Of a DNA stretch of 32,318 nt, positions 1 through 8,849 are shown one piece after another; position 1 is the first letter of the stretch, and every line of letters starts with the position of its first letter. A program made the translations under genes and the position numbers. Source of the stretch: a virus. Its lineage: Duplodnaviria > Caudoviricetes. Under the pieces are notes generated by a model. It did no database searches and was not told the origin of the DNA. It worked only from the letters and a program-made list of their open reading frames with translations. The stretch is from positions 1-32,318 of IMG/VR virus record IMGVR_UViG_3300037467_000591; one strand, written 5' to 3'.

Positions 1-7
1 GACAAAT

Positions 8-27
8 AAAAAACCCGGTTGCCCGGG
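8..27 (-). terminator. Rho-independent terminator
   Basis: Minus strand CCCGG-gcaa-CCGGG followed by a T-run, just after the stop of ORF 30..167. Confidence 0.7.
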
Positions 28-29
28 CG

Positions 30-167
30 TTAATAATGTAATTTATCAAATTCTTTTTTTGCAACTTTCCAATTTTCGCTTTGCGGCATACTCCGCATAA
101 TTAGGTTAAATAACAATCTTTTTTTGCGGTGCTTATTCTCAATTTTTAAAATGGTTTCTAATTTCAC
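30..167 (-). CDS. small basic hypothetical protein (45 aa, MKLETILKIENKHRKKRLLFNL...)
   Basis: Hand-translated; GTG start with AAAAGGCGGG upstream; ends at a terminator; not in the ORF track. Confidence 0.55.
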   Translation of the reverse strand: MKLETILKIENKHRKKRLLFNLIMRSMPQSENWKVAKKEFDKLHY

Positions 168-293
168 TTTAAACCCGCCTTTTATTTTATTTTAAACCTT
201 GTTGCCTGGGCCGGATCATTTATATTTGATTTTTCCAATATGTTCTAAACTCATTTATAACTTTTGAATTTTAAACAATATACGTAAAATTTT

Positions 294-581
294 TTATTCT
301 GTAATTTCTGCGCAATTAGTATGAAAATAAATATAGTAGTCATTCCCGTTTAATAATTCGATCCTTTGAGAAAATGCTTTTTCTCCTACTTTTATTATTT
401 TGTTACATTTATTGCATTTGCACGCTTTGCGTTTTGTTACAACTTTTGAATTTTCTTTTGATAATTTAGCAATTTTATTTTGATCGTTGCAGTTTGCGCA
501 ATTTATACCGTCTATTAATTCGGTTTTTAATTTCATTTCTTTACACGTACAACATTTAGAATGAGTTTTCCAATTGTGCAT
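294..581 (-). CDS. Cys-rich putative zinc-binding hypothetical protein
   Basis: Several CxxC motifs and a C-terminal HxxC; GGAGGGG RBS favours the ATG at 581 over the TTG at 596. Confidence 0.7.
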   Translation of the reverse strand: MHNWKTHSKCCTCKEMKLKTELIDGINCANCNDQNKIAKLSKENSKVVTKRKACKCNKCNKIIKVGEKAFSQRIELLNGNDYYIYFHTNCAEITE

Positions 582-600
582 TTGCAACCCCTCCAATTTT

Positions 601-735
601 TAAGGTGATAGAGGTTTTACTTTTCGTTTTGCGCTACTTTCCTCACCTCGTAAAATAAATTTACCCCGTGGGCCTTCACGCTCTCAACAACTCCGCATTG
701 GAATAGTAACGATATAGTTTTTACATATCACCTTA
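601..735 (-). ncRNA. putative structured leader or small RNA
   Basis: 10-bp terminal inverted repeat (601-610/726-735), inner 11-bp stem (632-642/700-711) and two small hairpins; begins at the predicted +1 of the promoter at 743-771. Confidence 0.5.
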
Positions 736-742
736 TAAACCT

Positions 743-771
743 ATGTTATCATACTACGTTTACTTTGTAAA
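743..771 (-). promoter_or_regulatory. sigmaA-like promoter with overlapping palindromic operator
   Basis: TTTACA-17-TAACAT with TGn extension; GTTTAC-ttt-GTAAAC palindrome at 758-772. Confidence 0.6.
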
Positions 772-781
772 CATTATTCAT

Positions 782-816
782 AAAAAAATAACCGGGAATT
801 TTTCACCCGGTTTTTT
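782..816. terminator. bidirectional-type intrinsic terminator
   Basis: ACCGGG...CCCGGT stem flanked by A- and T-runs. Confidence 0.6.
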
Positions 817-958
817 GATCGTTTTCAATGTAATCATAAATTGTCTTTTGCTCTCCGTATACGGTCTTTTTATAGCATTTAGGGCCGTATCCTATCTCTT
901 GGCTCCGTTTGTCTTTTAATGGACGGCCGCAACGTTTGCATTGGTCATTGATCTTCAT
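803..958 (-). CDS. DUF6011-like small zinc-finger protein (51 aa)
   Basis: Hand-translated MKINDQCKRCGRPLKDKRSQEIGYGPKCYKK...; CxxCGRPL-D--S---GxGPxC pattern; overlaps the end of the upstream gene; not in the ORF track. Confidence 0.7.
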   Translation of the reverse strand: MKINDQCKRCGRPLKDKRSQEIGYGPKCYKKTVYGEQKTIYDYIENDQKTG

Positions 959-1478
959 ACTTGTATAAGCCCAAACCAATGCGTTTTATTTGCGGATATT
1001 GTCTCATTGCGTCTTTAACGAACCCGGATGCATTATTTCCGTTCCAATCATTACAACCGGAAATATTCATAAATAAAACAATGTCTTTTAATGCTTTATA
1101 TCCATCGTGCGCCCCTCTTAAAAAACTAACTAATAATTGAGCCTCTTTTTTGCGCTGCTCGTATGTACGAGTGATACGCCCTTTAAATTCTCTTTTAATG
1201 CCTTTTTTAACCGTTTTATTAACAGTTTCATCCGGTAAAGGAATACCTTTCATTTCCGGCGGTGCTTTATATTCTTTTTTCTCCGGCTCCTGTTGTTGTG
1301 CTGCTCTTTCTGCTGCATCCATAGCTAATGCAAACGCATATTTGAAAGCTTGTTCAATTGTTTTTTTAGCAATGTTATGCTGAAATCTAATTTCTATGTC
1401 GTGAAATTCCTTATAATCTTCCCATGCTGACGCCGCTTGCTCATTATTTAATTTTAACATTTTTACCCCTCGTTTCAT
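945..1478 (-). CDS. hypothetical protein, possible C-terminal winged-helix DNA-binding domain
   Basis: 177-aa ORF in the operon (true start may be the second Met, after GAGGGG); ends in IKRIGLGLYKY, like a wing. Confidence 0.65.
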   Translation of the reverse strand: MKRGVKMLKLNNEQAASAWEDYKEFHDIEIRFQHNIAKKTIEQAFKYAFALAMDAAERAAQQQEPEKKEYKAPPEMKGIPLPDETVNKTVKKGIKREFKGRITRTYEQRKKEAQLLVSFLRGAHDGYKALKDIVLFMNISGCNDWNGNNASGFVKDAMRQYPQIKRIGLGLYKYEDQ

Positions 1479-2041
1479 TTTATTGTTTTATAAAAATCAT
1501 TGAATTTATGTAAGTAGTCCCACCTATCAATAAATTGGTTGTATTTGCTATTCTTTCCAATGGTTAAAGTTGACGCATGAACCAATTTTGAAGGTATTAC
1601 ATAAATTTTTCTATTACCCATAAATTCACCTATGCAAATAAATAAATCGCACGGCGCATTTTGTTTTGTTTTGAAAACAAAACACTCGTAACCTTTGAAA
1701 TTATGAATTTTAGAAACTTTTATATCAATTTTTATAGAGTTATTGATTAATAAGTCAAACGGATGTCTAGCACTCATTTTTTCAACTGAAAAACCCATTT
1801 TTTCTAAATTTGATTTAGTGTTAAATTCTTCAATTTCTCCGGTTAATGTGTCCGATCCTTTTCGCCTTAAATTTAATTTTTCCGCCCAACCTTTATAAGT
1901 TAATGTTCTGCAAATTTTCAAATGTAAATCATTACGGCCTAACTCTTTCGTTAATTCCACGCTCGTTGGCATACGGTCAATTCCTAACAACTCTATACAC
2001 CACAGTATTTCATCTTTTATTTTTTCGTCAGTCCATCGCAT
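1475..2041 (-). CDS. putative PD-(D/E)xK endonuclease with N-terminal HTH-like domain (homing-endonuclease-like)
   Basis: HPFDLLINNSIKIDIKVS catalytic-type motif; N-terminal WTDEKI...RMPT..EL segment; has its own promoter. Confidence 0.6.
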   Translation of the reverse strand: MRWTDEKIKDEILWCIELLGIDRMPTSVELTKELGRNDLHLKICRTLTYKGWAEKLNLRRKGSDTLTGEIEEFNTKSNLEKMGFSVEKMSARHPFDLLINNSIKIDIKVSKIHNFKGYECFVFKTKQNAPCDLFICIGEFMGNRKIYVIPSKLVHASTLTIGKNSKYNQFIDRWDYLHKFNDFYKTIK

Positions 2042-2070
2042 AATAACACCCCTTTTTAAAAGATATTGTT

Positions 2071-2099
2071 ATTATACGATATTTGACACTATTAATCAA
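2071..2099 (-). promoter_or_regulatory. sigmaA-like promoter
   Basis: TTGATT-17-TATAAT; TGACACT direct repeats at 2084-2090 and 2100-2106. Confidence 0.6.
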
Positions 2100-2111
2100 T
2101 GACACTTTATT

Positions 2112-2597
2112 CTAAAAAGGTAAGTCATCATCCGTAATATCTATTGACTTACCAGGACCGCCAAACGGATCATTATTAAAATTAGGTTTTTGGGCCGGTG
2201 CCTCAAATGGCTTATTTTCGCCCGTATTGGCGTTTTGAGTATTACCCGGTGTATTTGTATTACCGGACCCGTTTGCGTTGCGTGGCTCTAAAAATTGCAA
2301 GCTATCCGCTACAACTTCCGTTACATATACTTTCTTTCCGTCTTGCCCGTCAAATGATCGCGTTTGTATGCGGCCCTCGACTCCTGCCATTGATCCTTTG
2401 CGTAAAAAATTTGCTGCATTTTCTGCCGGTTTTCTCCAAACTACGCAATTAATAAAATCTGCCTCACGCTCGCCGCTTTGGTTTGAATAAGTACGGTTAA
2501 CCGCTAATGTGAATTGAGCAACGGCCACGCCCGAAGGCGTAAACCGTAAATCAACATCCTTTGTTAATCTGCCAACTAATACGACTCTATTTATCAT
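2112..2597 (-). CDS. ssb: single-stranded DNA-binding protein
   Basis: [16 protein letters not shown]-fold start and acidic DDDLPF C-terminus. Confidence 0.97.
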   Translation of the reverse strand: MINRVVLVGRLTKDVDLRFTPSGVAVAQFTLAVNRTYSNQSGEREADFINCVVWRKPAENAANFLRKGSMAGVEGRIQTRSFDGQDGKKVYVTEVVADSLQFLEPRNANGSGNTNTPGNTQNANTGENKPFEAPAQKPNFNNDPFGGPGKSIDITDDDLPF

Positions 2598-3444
2598 TGT
2601 TTAACCCTCCTACCGGTTGCGCTGCTAAAATTTCGCCCGTTTCATAATCAACCTCTATTACGTTCTCGTCCTCTGCCATTGAGTTATGCATTTGAACGCC
2701 GTTAGACTCATCATTAGATAAAAATTCCACGGAAATTGGAAGGTATTTAATCAATTGGCGCAATACTGTTTTCTTGGCCATTGCGTCAAACTCATCCACC
2801 CACGGGCCATATTGTTTGGCTTTACTGTATTTATCGCGGTGGTGCTCGACGTCCTCACGGCTCATAACTACGAATGAATAGCCGCCGTCTTTCATTTTAG
2901 CAAGTGCATAATAAGCAATTACGGCCCCTTTATCTTTTAATGCCGGCTTATGCTCTAATTTATCCTCTAAACCATACTCAAAATTAAATACGTCTTTTTC
3001 GTGTACGGCTTGCGCGCTAATTGTTGATACTTGACCGGATCGTCTAACTAAATCAATTAGGCCCCTGTATCCAATTATAAATTGCGCCTCGTAAACGTCT
3101 ACGCCTGCAGCTTTTGAGGCCTTATAGTTTTTATACGGTAAAATGTACGATTGGCCCAATAACCCCGGCTCTAAGCCTAATTTTGCGCTTTCTAGCACGG
3201 CGCCCATTAAAGATGGTAAATTACATTGCAGCAATAACGGATTGTCGCGGATAACATTTAAACTAATGCGGGCCATGCGGTCACTATTCATATGTTGCGG
3301 TAATACTGATTGGATCGCTTTCATATTTTTTGCTAGGTATTCGCCAACTAATGCCTGCGGTGTTTTTGGTTTTTCTGCAACTTGTCCCCCTGTTGCTTTT
3401 GCAGCTAATGCGCCTTTTAATGCGTCTCTTTTTTCAGTTGTCAT
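2587..3444 (-). CDS. recT: RecT-family single-strand annealing recombinase
   Basis: [44 protein letters not shown] motifs. Confidence 0.93.
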   Translation of the reverse strand: MTTEKRDALKGALAAKATGGQVAEKPKTPQALVGEYLAKNMKAIQSVLPQHMNSDRMARISLNVIRDNPLLLQCNLPSLMGAVLESAKLGLEPGLLGQSYILPYKNYKASKAAGVDVYEAQFIIGYRGLIDLVRRSGQVSTISAQAVHEKDVFNFEYGLEDKLEHKPALKDKGAVIAYYALAKMKDGGYSFVVMSREDVEHHRDKYSKAKQYGPWVDEFDAMAKKTVLRQLIKYLPISVEFLSNDESNGVQMHNSMAEDENVIEVDYETGEILAAQPVGGLNNDK

Positions 3445-4370
3445 TGTACATTTACCTCTCTTTTGTTTAATTTGATTTTTAATGATTTAACGCCGTTTTT
3501 ATTGGCCTTAAAATTAATTTGGTGTGGCCCTGCAAATGCTTGTCCATTTTCTTGCATAGCAAACGCAATACGGTTTTTATGTTCACTCATTGCAGCTTTT
3601 AGTGCTTTTTCTTCCTCTTTTAGCTGCTCGTATCCTTCCACTACGTCTTTAAAGCCTATTGGCAATTCTATTACCGTCTCATCGTATGAATTAGGATACA
3701 TAATTTTCATCATGTCATATTCGGCGTCGCCTCCTGCTGCAACCGGCGGAACCGCGGCCATTACGTGATTATGCCAAAAATCATACTCAATAGCTATTAA
3801 ACTACTAATTGTGTCCTCGTCACGTTTTAAAAAATAATGTTTGTACTTATTCCCGCCAATGACTACAACAACAAATGCAAATTCTAAACCCGTAACCGCT
3901 AAATAATGCATTACTTGTAAGTAATAGGCGTTTGGTATGTCGTCGCCTGCCCAATCATCCTTTAAGTATTCCGACGCCGTTTTAATTTCTAATATGCCTT
4001 TTCCATTGATCGGGCAATTAATAATACCGTCAACATTAGCTAACATAAAATCGTATTTCGGATGCTGCAATAAGTAATTGCATTGGGTAACTTTTACATA
4101 TTGTTCCGGCTCACGGCCTGCATTGATACGTTTAACAAATTCTTTCCTAATAACCGGCTCATATAAATTACCAAAATAAGCGGCGTCATTATCAACCGTC
4201 TTGCTATATAATCCACGTTTTTCCATGTACACAACTAACGGACTAGAATATTTACTAACGCCCGCAACCGCTGCCGCATCCGATCCGCCTAAACCGTTTT
4301 TACGATGGTTTAACCACTCATCTTTAACCATGTTTTTAGTATGAACTAATTTAACCGCCTGCATTGTCAT
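3441..4370 (-). CDS. YqaJ/lambda-exonuclease-family viral recombinase exonuclease
   Basis: WLNHRKNGLGGSDAA, ANVDG, LEIKT, YYLQVMHYL motifs; adjacent to recT. Confidence 0.92.
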   Translation of the reverse strand: MTMQAVKLVHTKNMVKDEWLNHRKNGLGGSDAAAVAGVSKYSSPLVVYMEKRGLYSKTVDNDAAYFGNLYEPVIRKEFVKRINAGREPEQYVKVTQCNYLLQHPKYDFMLANVDGIINCPINGKGILEIKTASEYLKDDWAGDDIPNAYYLQVMHYLAVTGLEFAFVVVVIGGNKYKHYFLKRDEDTISSLIAIEYDFWHNHVMAAVPPVAAGGDAEYDMMKIMYPNSYDETVIELPIGFKDVVEGYEQLKEEEKALKAAMSEHKNRIAFAMQENGQAFAGPHQINFKANKNGVKSLKIKLNKREVNVQ

Positions 4371-4383
4371 TACCCCTTTTTAT

Positions 4384-4521
4384 TTAGTTTTCAATGTTCA
4401 AAAATAACCTTAATGCTTTTTCTACAACGTCCTTACGTGTTTTGTCGTTCATGATGCAATATAATTCTAGTTGCTTTTTTAATTCCGGTGAAATAGCAAC
4501 ATTAAGTTGTTTTGGCTCCAT
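4384..4521 (-). CDS. ribbon-helix-helix (CopG/Arc/ParG-like) DNA-binding protein (45 aa)
   Basis: Hand-translated MEPKQLNVAISPELKKQLELYCIMNDKTRKDVVEKALRLFLNIEN; strong GAGGTGA RBS; not in the ORF track. Confidence 0.8.
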   Translation of the reverse strand: MEPKQLNVAISPELKKQLELYCIMNDKTRKDVVEKALRLFLNIEN

Positions 4522-4608
4522 TTAATCACCTCATTTCCTAGAACCTATATTCATATTAACCTATTAATCTATGTTTGTCTATACAAAATATGAAAATATT
4601 TACAAAAT

Positions 4609-4634
4609 AAAAAACCCGGTAATTAAACCGGGTT
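4609..4634 (-). terminator. intrinsic terminator
   Basis: AACCCGGT-aattaa-ACCGGGTT stem plus T-run after the 485-aa gene. Confidence 0.75.
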
Positions 4635-6090
4635 AAATTGCAGGCGTATTCTTTCCACCGTTTGGTATTGATCCTGTTAATGTTAATGAAATGTAATCGG
4701 TATTTATTACGCTTGCGGTTGTACCGTCTGACGGGTTATTAGTATATGCTAGGAAATGAACAAAACCATTAACATCAATAAAACCGCTCATATTAGTTTC
4801 ACTTACGGTTAATTTAGAAATCGTTCCATTCGAGTGAGAAATAGCGCCTACCCAACTACCCCACCACTTACTAAATGTTGAACCATTACCGCCAACCGAA
4901 CTACCAAACCCCCACCAATCAGCTTTTATAGTACTTATAATACTTTTCGCAATAACAATTTTTTCACTCAATAACGTTTTTCCTTGCCAAATAGAAATAC
5001 CTAAATTTCTCTCAAGGTTGGAAATTATGTCGAATGAGAATAGTTGTTGTATTATACCCCCATTTGTTCCAACACTAACATTGTACGCGTTACCGTCTAA
5101 TGAATTTATTTTCGCATATGACGTTGTTAATATTTCACTAGTAATACCCGCGGGCGCTTGTAATGAAGATGATCCTGTTTGTTTGATAATATTCGGGTTT
5201 TCAACCGTACTACCCGCAACCTTACCCACGAAATCAACCACAAACGAAAATGCGGACGGCTGCAGGATGGCCGGCGTGTTTAATGGGATGTATGGCTCGT
5301 ATGCGGTGGCCGTTGATCCTTTTTCTATTTGCGTTGTTATTGTAACGTCTGTTGCTTGTAAACGGAAATTGATATAAGCGCAATTTGCCGGCGTGGTAAA
5401 TGTTAGTCCACTATTTGAATAGTTGAAATAAGAAATAAAATTCTTATTAATATCGTAATAGTATATATTTTTATTCAAATTAGGCGTTGATTCAGTCAAA
5501 ATATACGTTGTGCTAGGCGTGACAGGAATATATTTATTCGCATTTCTTACATAAGTTGCATTTGCTAAAAGAGTGCCATCCCCTGTGTTATATGATCCGC
5601 TTTCTAATTTACCGTCAAATAAATTCTTTTTCGGTGTCCTAGCTGCTGCATTAGTTGTAGTTGCTGCCGTGTTTAACGGGATGTATGGCTCGAATTGGGT
5701 TGCTGCTGCGCCTTCCTCAACTTGAATATTTTCAAATGTAACGGTTTCAATAGCTAAACTATTTCTCAAATACATTCTCACTAAAGTGTTATTCCCTGTA
5801 TTAAATGAGAAATTAGAATTAGTATAAGAGGCTAATTGTACACTAGCATCATTATTAAAAACGCCCATTTGGCCATTACCAATAGTTTGAGATGTGGCCT
5901 TAAAAGAAATAGTATACGTCATATTAGCTTTTAAAGTAAGATACACATACCCATTTCTATTTAAAATATCGGGTAACCAATCCATTTTAAATTCAGAACG
6001 TACAGTTCTTGAAGCATTACCTTGAATTGGACTAGAAATAAAACCTTTATACAAATTTTTCTTTGGTGTAATAATCGCTGCTTGTACCAT
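4633..6090 (-). CDS. putative receptor-binding/fibre protein with two carbohydrate-binding-like beta domains and a C-terminal domain shared with the 1147-aa tail protein
   Basis: Repeated TPKKNL...Q(V/I)E(E/K)G..AT.(F/Y)EPY modules typical of siphophage CBM-like domains; C-terminal DFxGKV..STVENPN domain. Confidence 0.7.
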   Translation of the reverse strand: MVQAAIITPKKNLYKGFISSPIQGNASRTVRSEFKMDWLPDILNRNGYVYLTLKANMTYTISFKATSQTIGNGQMGVFNNDASVQLASYTNSNFSFNTGNNTLVRMYLRNSLAIETVTFENIQVEEGAAATQFEPYIPLNTAATTTNAAARTPKKNLFDGKLESGSYNTGDGTLLANATYVRNANKYIPVTPSTTYILTESTPNLNKNIYYYDINKNFISYFNYSNSGLTFTTPANCAYINFRLQATDVTITTQIEKGSTATAYEPYIPLNTPAILQPSAFSFVVDFVGKVAGSTVENPNIIKQTGSSSLQAPAGITSEILTTSYAKINSLDGNAYNVSVGTNGGIIQQLFSFDIISNLERNLGISIWQGKTLLSEKIVIAKSIISTIKADWWGFGSSVGGNGSTFSKWWGSWVGAISHSNGTISKLTVSETNMSGFIDVNGFVHFLAYTNNPSDGTTASVINTDYISLTLTGSIPNGGKNTPAI

Positions 6091-6324
6091 TTATTCACCT
6101 TCTTTTTTAGTGCCTAATAAATCGTCTACCGTGTCCCCGTTAATTTCATTTCCTGCGTTTTGTTGGTTGTATTTTGCGGTGATATATTGCGTGTCAATCT
6201 CCGGTTGGTTAATAGTAGGCGTAAAACCTTCGATAATAACTTGTAATTTCTCCGTAATAGCTGCTCTTTCCTCGTCTGTTAGATGCATTACTCCCGGGCC
6301 GTTTGGTGGGTTAACGAATGTCAT
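6091..6324 (-). CDS. hypothetical protein
   Basis: 77 aa, AAGGAGG RBS, in operon. Confidence 0.7.
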   Translation of the reverse strand: MTFVNPPNGPGVMHLTDEERAAITEKLQVIIEGFTPTINQPEIDTQYITAKYNQQNAGNEINGDTVDDLLGTKKEGE

Positions 6325-6337
6325 TTTAAATACCTCC

Positions 6338-6778
6338 TTATCGTAAGTATGTTTTTACTGTTATTGTATGTGATGCCGCATCACTATTATAAGCAAATAC
6401 ACGGCAAAACGGCGCTTTAATGTCTAGTATGCCGCCCTTTGTTTGGTTGGTGTTTGCTGCTATTACTTCATTCCAATCTAAAGTTACGCCATCGTGTGAC
6501 CAATCGACACTAACGGACGTGTTAACGGCTGCGTCACTTTTTAAAATAGCTGCTATTTTATCGAACCCATCACATGAGAAAAACCCTATCCCATAACTAC
6601 CATTTGACGTTGTAACTAAAACGGCATTATGAGTAATGATCGGCTTTGTTGTTCTGCCTTGAATTTCAATAGGCGCCTTAATTGCACTTCCAATAATTGT
6701 TACCGCATTTTGCGGCATTGCCTTACCTGTTGCTGCATCCTCATACATTGCGTGCGGATATTGCGTTAAATCTGCCAT
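6338..6778 (-). CDS. hypothetical protein, probably virion-associated (beta-rich)
   Basis: 146 aa, GGGGAGG RBS; in the fibre cluster. Confidence 0.7.
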   Translation of the reverse strand: MADLTQYPHAMYEDAATGKAMPQNAVTIIGSAIKAPIEIQGRTTKPIITHNAVLVTTSNGSYGIGFFSCDGFDKIAAILKSDAAVNTSVSVDWSHDGVTLDWNEVIAANTNQTKGGILDIKAPFCRVFAYNSDAASHTITVKTYLR

Positions 6779-6797
6779 TACTTTTGGCCTCCCCTTT

Positions 6798-6846
6798 TCT
6801 AAATTTTAGTACAATTTAATTATATAATAAAAAGTCAATAAAAAAA
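6798..6846 (-). promoter_or_regulatory. conserved 49-bp upstream element, copy 1 (candidate late promoter)
   Basis: 42/49 identical to 9314-9362; lies between a terminator and an RBS. Confidence 0.6.
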
Positions 6847-6847
6847 T

Positions 6848-6874
6848 AAAAACCCGATAATTTCTATCGGGTTA
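6848..6874 (-). terminator. intrinsic terminator
   Basis: AACCCGATA...TATCGGGTT stem with T-run. Confidence 0.7.
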
Positions 6875-7159
6875 AACAACTTGGAAAGATTTATTAAAAC
6901 TTGGATACTTTTTATTATTAGGCAAATTAACAACGGCCCAATAATCATATTTCCCTCTATTTGGTATATCTGTTTCTAATATTTCAAACTGACATATGCC
7001 GGCGGACGCGTTTGTAATTTGGGCCGTTTTATTAATCGTAATTGTTCCGTTTTGAATATAAATAGTAACGGTTGCATTGTCTAATACAACTATTCCCGCT
7101 GCATCTTTAATGGTTTCCTCGAATATTACGCCGTTACTACCCAATAAAACCTTTTCCAT
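6872..7159 (-). CDS. BppU-N-like baseplate/appendage adaptor
   Basis: I.D..G..V.L..ATV.I...A.I.NA..G...F.....D....G.Y pattern resembles the BppU N-terminal Ig-like domain. Confidence 0.55.
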   Translation of the reverse strand: MEKVLLGSNGVIFEETIKDAAGIVVLDNATVTIYIQNGTITINKTAQITNASAGICQFEILETDIPNRGKYDYWAVVNLPNNKKYPSFNKSFQVV

Positions 7160-7169
7160 GATCCACCCC

Positions 7170-8603
7170 CTACAAAAATAAATCTCCTTTTACTTGTCTA
7201 ATGATAATTGTTTCCCCGTTGCTTTTACGATTAACGATAATTTCCCCGTTAAACATTCTATTTATGATTAAATCACCTTTTATAAGCTGCTTGTAAATTG
7301 GTTTATTAGGCATTAATACATTAATTGCATCGGATAAAACAACAACGTCAAATAATTTAACGCTGATATTGGCCCCTCTTGCTGCCGTTTCCGTTATTCC
7401 TAACGTTTCCAACTTGCTTTTTACAACGCTTTTTCTAATAGTATCGGTAAAAGATACGGCATCATTTAAAATAACCGTTTTACCGTTAAAAACGCTCAAT
7501 GCGTCACTAGCTGCAATTGCATCGTTAATTTTGCGGTTTGCTGCCTTTTGTTCTCCGTCCGTGCCTGTTATTGCGTCGGCTTGGAATTTAGATAATGCCT
7601 TTTTAATGGCCCCGTCGCTTAATGTAATAGAATCGGATAATAAAACCAATTTACCGCCAATTGTGCTTATTGCGTCCGTTGGCGTTAATGTATCATTAAT
7701 CCGTTTTGCAGCCGCTTTATTTTCCCCGTCCGATCCTGTTATAGTATCGTTTTGTACTTTAGAGGATGTTTTGCGGATCGTTTCAGTAATAGCAATTGCA
7801 TCCGATAAAATAACCGCTTTGCCCGTTAACTTAGTAAAGCTATCACTTGTATTAAGTGTATCAATAATTGCGAATGTCCGTTTTTTTACAACGGTTTCCG
7901 TAATTGTTATTGCGTCGGCTGCGCTCTTTTTTGGTGCTTTTGTCAAAACCTCTGATAACGTTACGTTTTCCGGCAAACTCTTTTTTGGTGCTTTTACAAT
8001 CGTTTCCGATCCTGTTATAGTATCGCTCAACGTTTTTGTATAAGCATTTCCGCCGGTGTCTATTTGCATGTCGTCCACTTGGAAATTGTCATATATCGGA
8101 CTACCCGCCCCGGCTGCCATGCCAAAATATGTTGCCGTTTGGTTAAATGATGAGGTTACACTTGTAAGTTGTGTACTATTTTTATATACGGTAATTGTTG
8201 TGCCTTGACACTTAACCTTAATAGTATCGCCGGAAACGAGCGTAACCGGCGTTGTACCAATATTTGACCAACCACCACTATAAATATAAATGTCTAACCC
8301 TGTGCCGGTGTACTCTACAAAAAAGTATTGGCTATTGCTTGGGCCGGCCCTAAATACTAATTGTTGGCCCCCGGCCGGAAAAATAAAATCAGCTTGTACA
8401 ATAGCATCACTAACGCCGGCATTTGCAATCATACCCCCATCGGATGCCCCTGATATAACAATTTGATTATTATTTATATAAGGAGTACAACCGCCGCCAA
8501 CCTTTAATTGCACCCACGTTTGGCCCGTTTCAGTATTTCCCAAACCGGTTGGGGATGCTGTGGTATTTGCCCGGGTTGCGGTATCTTTTACAACAATAGT
8601 CAT
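7170..8603 (-). CDS. putative tail fibre/appendage protein with N-terminal lectin-like beta-sandwich and repeat shaft
   Basis: Beta-rich N-terminal ~180 aa followed by about 13 repeats of ~18-20 aa (K.l.D.i..(s/t)(D/E)). Confidence 0.65.
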   Translation of the reverse strand: MTIVVKDTATRANTTASPTGLGNTETGQTWVQLKVGGGCTPYINNNQIVISGASDGGMIANAGVSDAIVQADFIFPAGGQQLVFRAGPSNSQYFFVEYTGTGLDIYIYSGGWSNIGTTPVTLVSGDTIKVKCQGTTITVYKNSTQLTSVTSSFNQTATYFGMAAGAGSPIYDNFQVDDMQIDTGGNAYTKTLSDTITGSETIVKAPKKSLPENVTLSEVLTKAPKKSAADAITITETVVKKRTFAIIDTLNTSDSFTKLTGKAVILSDAIAITETIRKTSSKVQNDTITGSDGENKAAAKRINDTLTPTDAISTIGGKLVLLSDSITLSDGAIKKALSKFQADAITGTDGEQKAANRKINDAIAASDALSVFNGKTVILNDAVSFTDTIRKSVVKSKLETLGITETAARGANISVKLFDVVVLSDAINVLMPNKPIYKQLIKGDLIINRMFNGEIIVNRKSNGETIIIRQVKGDLFL

Positions 8604-8606
8604 TTT

Positions 8607-8849
8607 CTAATCACCTACAAACCATGTTAAGACGTTTGCATAATTTAATTGATTGTCATTACAAAACGTTTCTAAATCGTCAATTTTATTCAATTCCGGG
8701 ACGTCCTCATTTATCCCAATTAAAAATTTATCATTAATTATAAGTCCAACGAATGAACCCTCATAATTGGGCCTAAACGGGTTGCTTTTCGATCCGTCAC
8801 CTATTTTATCAACTAAATAATAAAACATTAGTTTAATGTAACGTCCCAT
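8607..8849 (-). CDS. hypothetical protein (possible fibre chaperone)
   Basis: Small ORF with GDGSKSNPFRP; true start probably the second Met. Confidence 0.6.
   Translation of the reverse strand: MGRYIKLMFYYLVDKIGDGSKSNPFRPNYEGSFVGLIINDKFLIGINEDVPELNKIDDLETFCNDNQLNYANVLTWFVGD

Noticed and set aside
645-682. Pistol/twister ribozyme resemblance (CGUG-AAGGCC-CACG...UAAAU)
   Set aside because: No downstream complement for the pseudoknot and no conserved cleavage-site motif.
4533-4560. dif-like sequence ATTTCCTAGAA-CCTATA-TTCATATTAAC
   Set aside because: The left arm resembles B. subtilis dif as I recall it, but the normally better conserved right arm only aligns with an insertion, and the site overlaps the RHH gene leader; likely coincidence.
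7369-8043. 224-aa plus-strand ORF and the other plus-strand ORFs in the track
   Set aside because: They are antisense shadows of well-supported minus-strand genes with no recognisable motifs.
4633-8603. Diversity-generating retroelement or invertible shufflon acting on the fibre genes
   Set aside because: No reverse transcriptase or invertase, no ~100-bp adenine-variant repeat pair and no inverted cassettes are visible.
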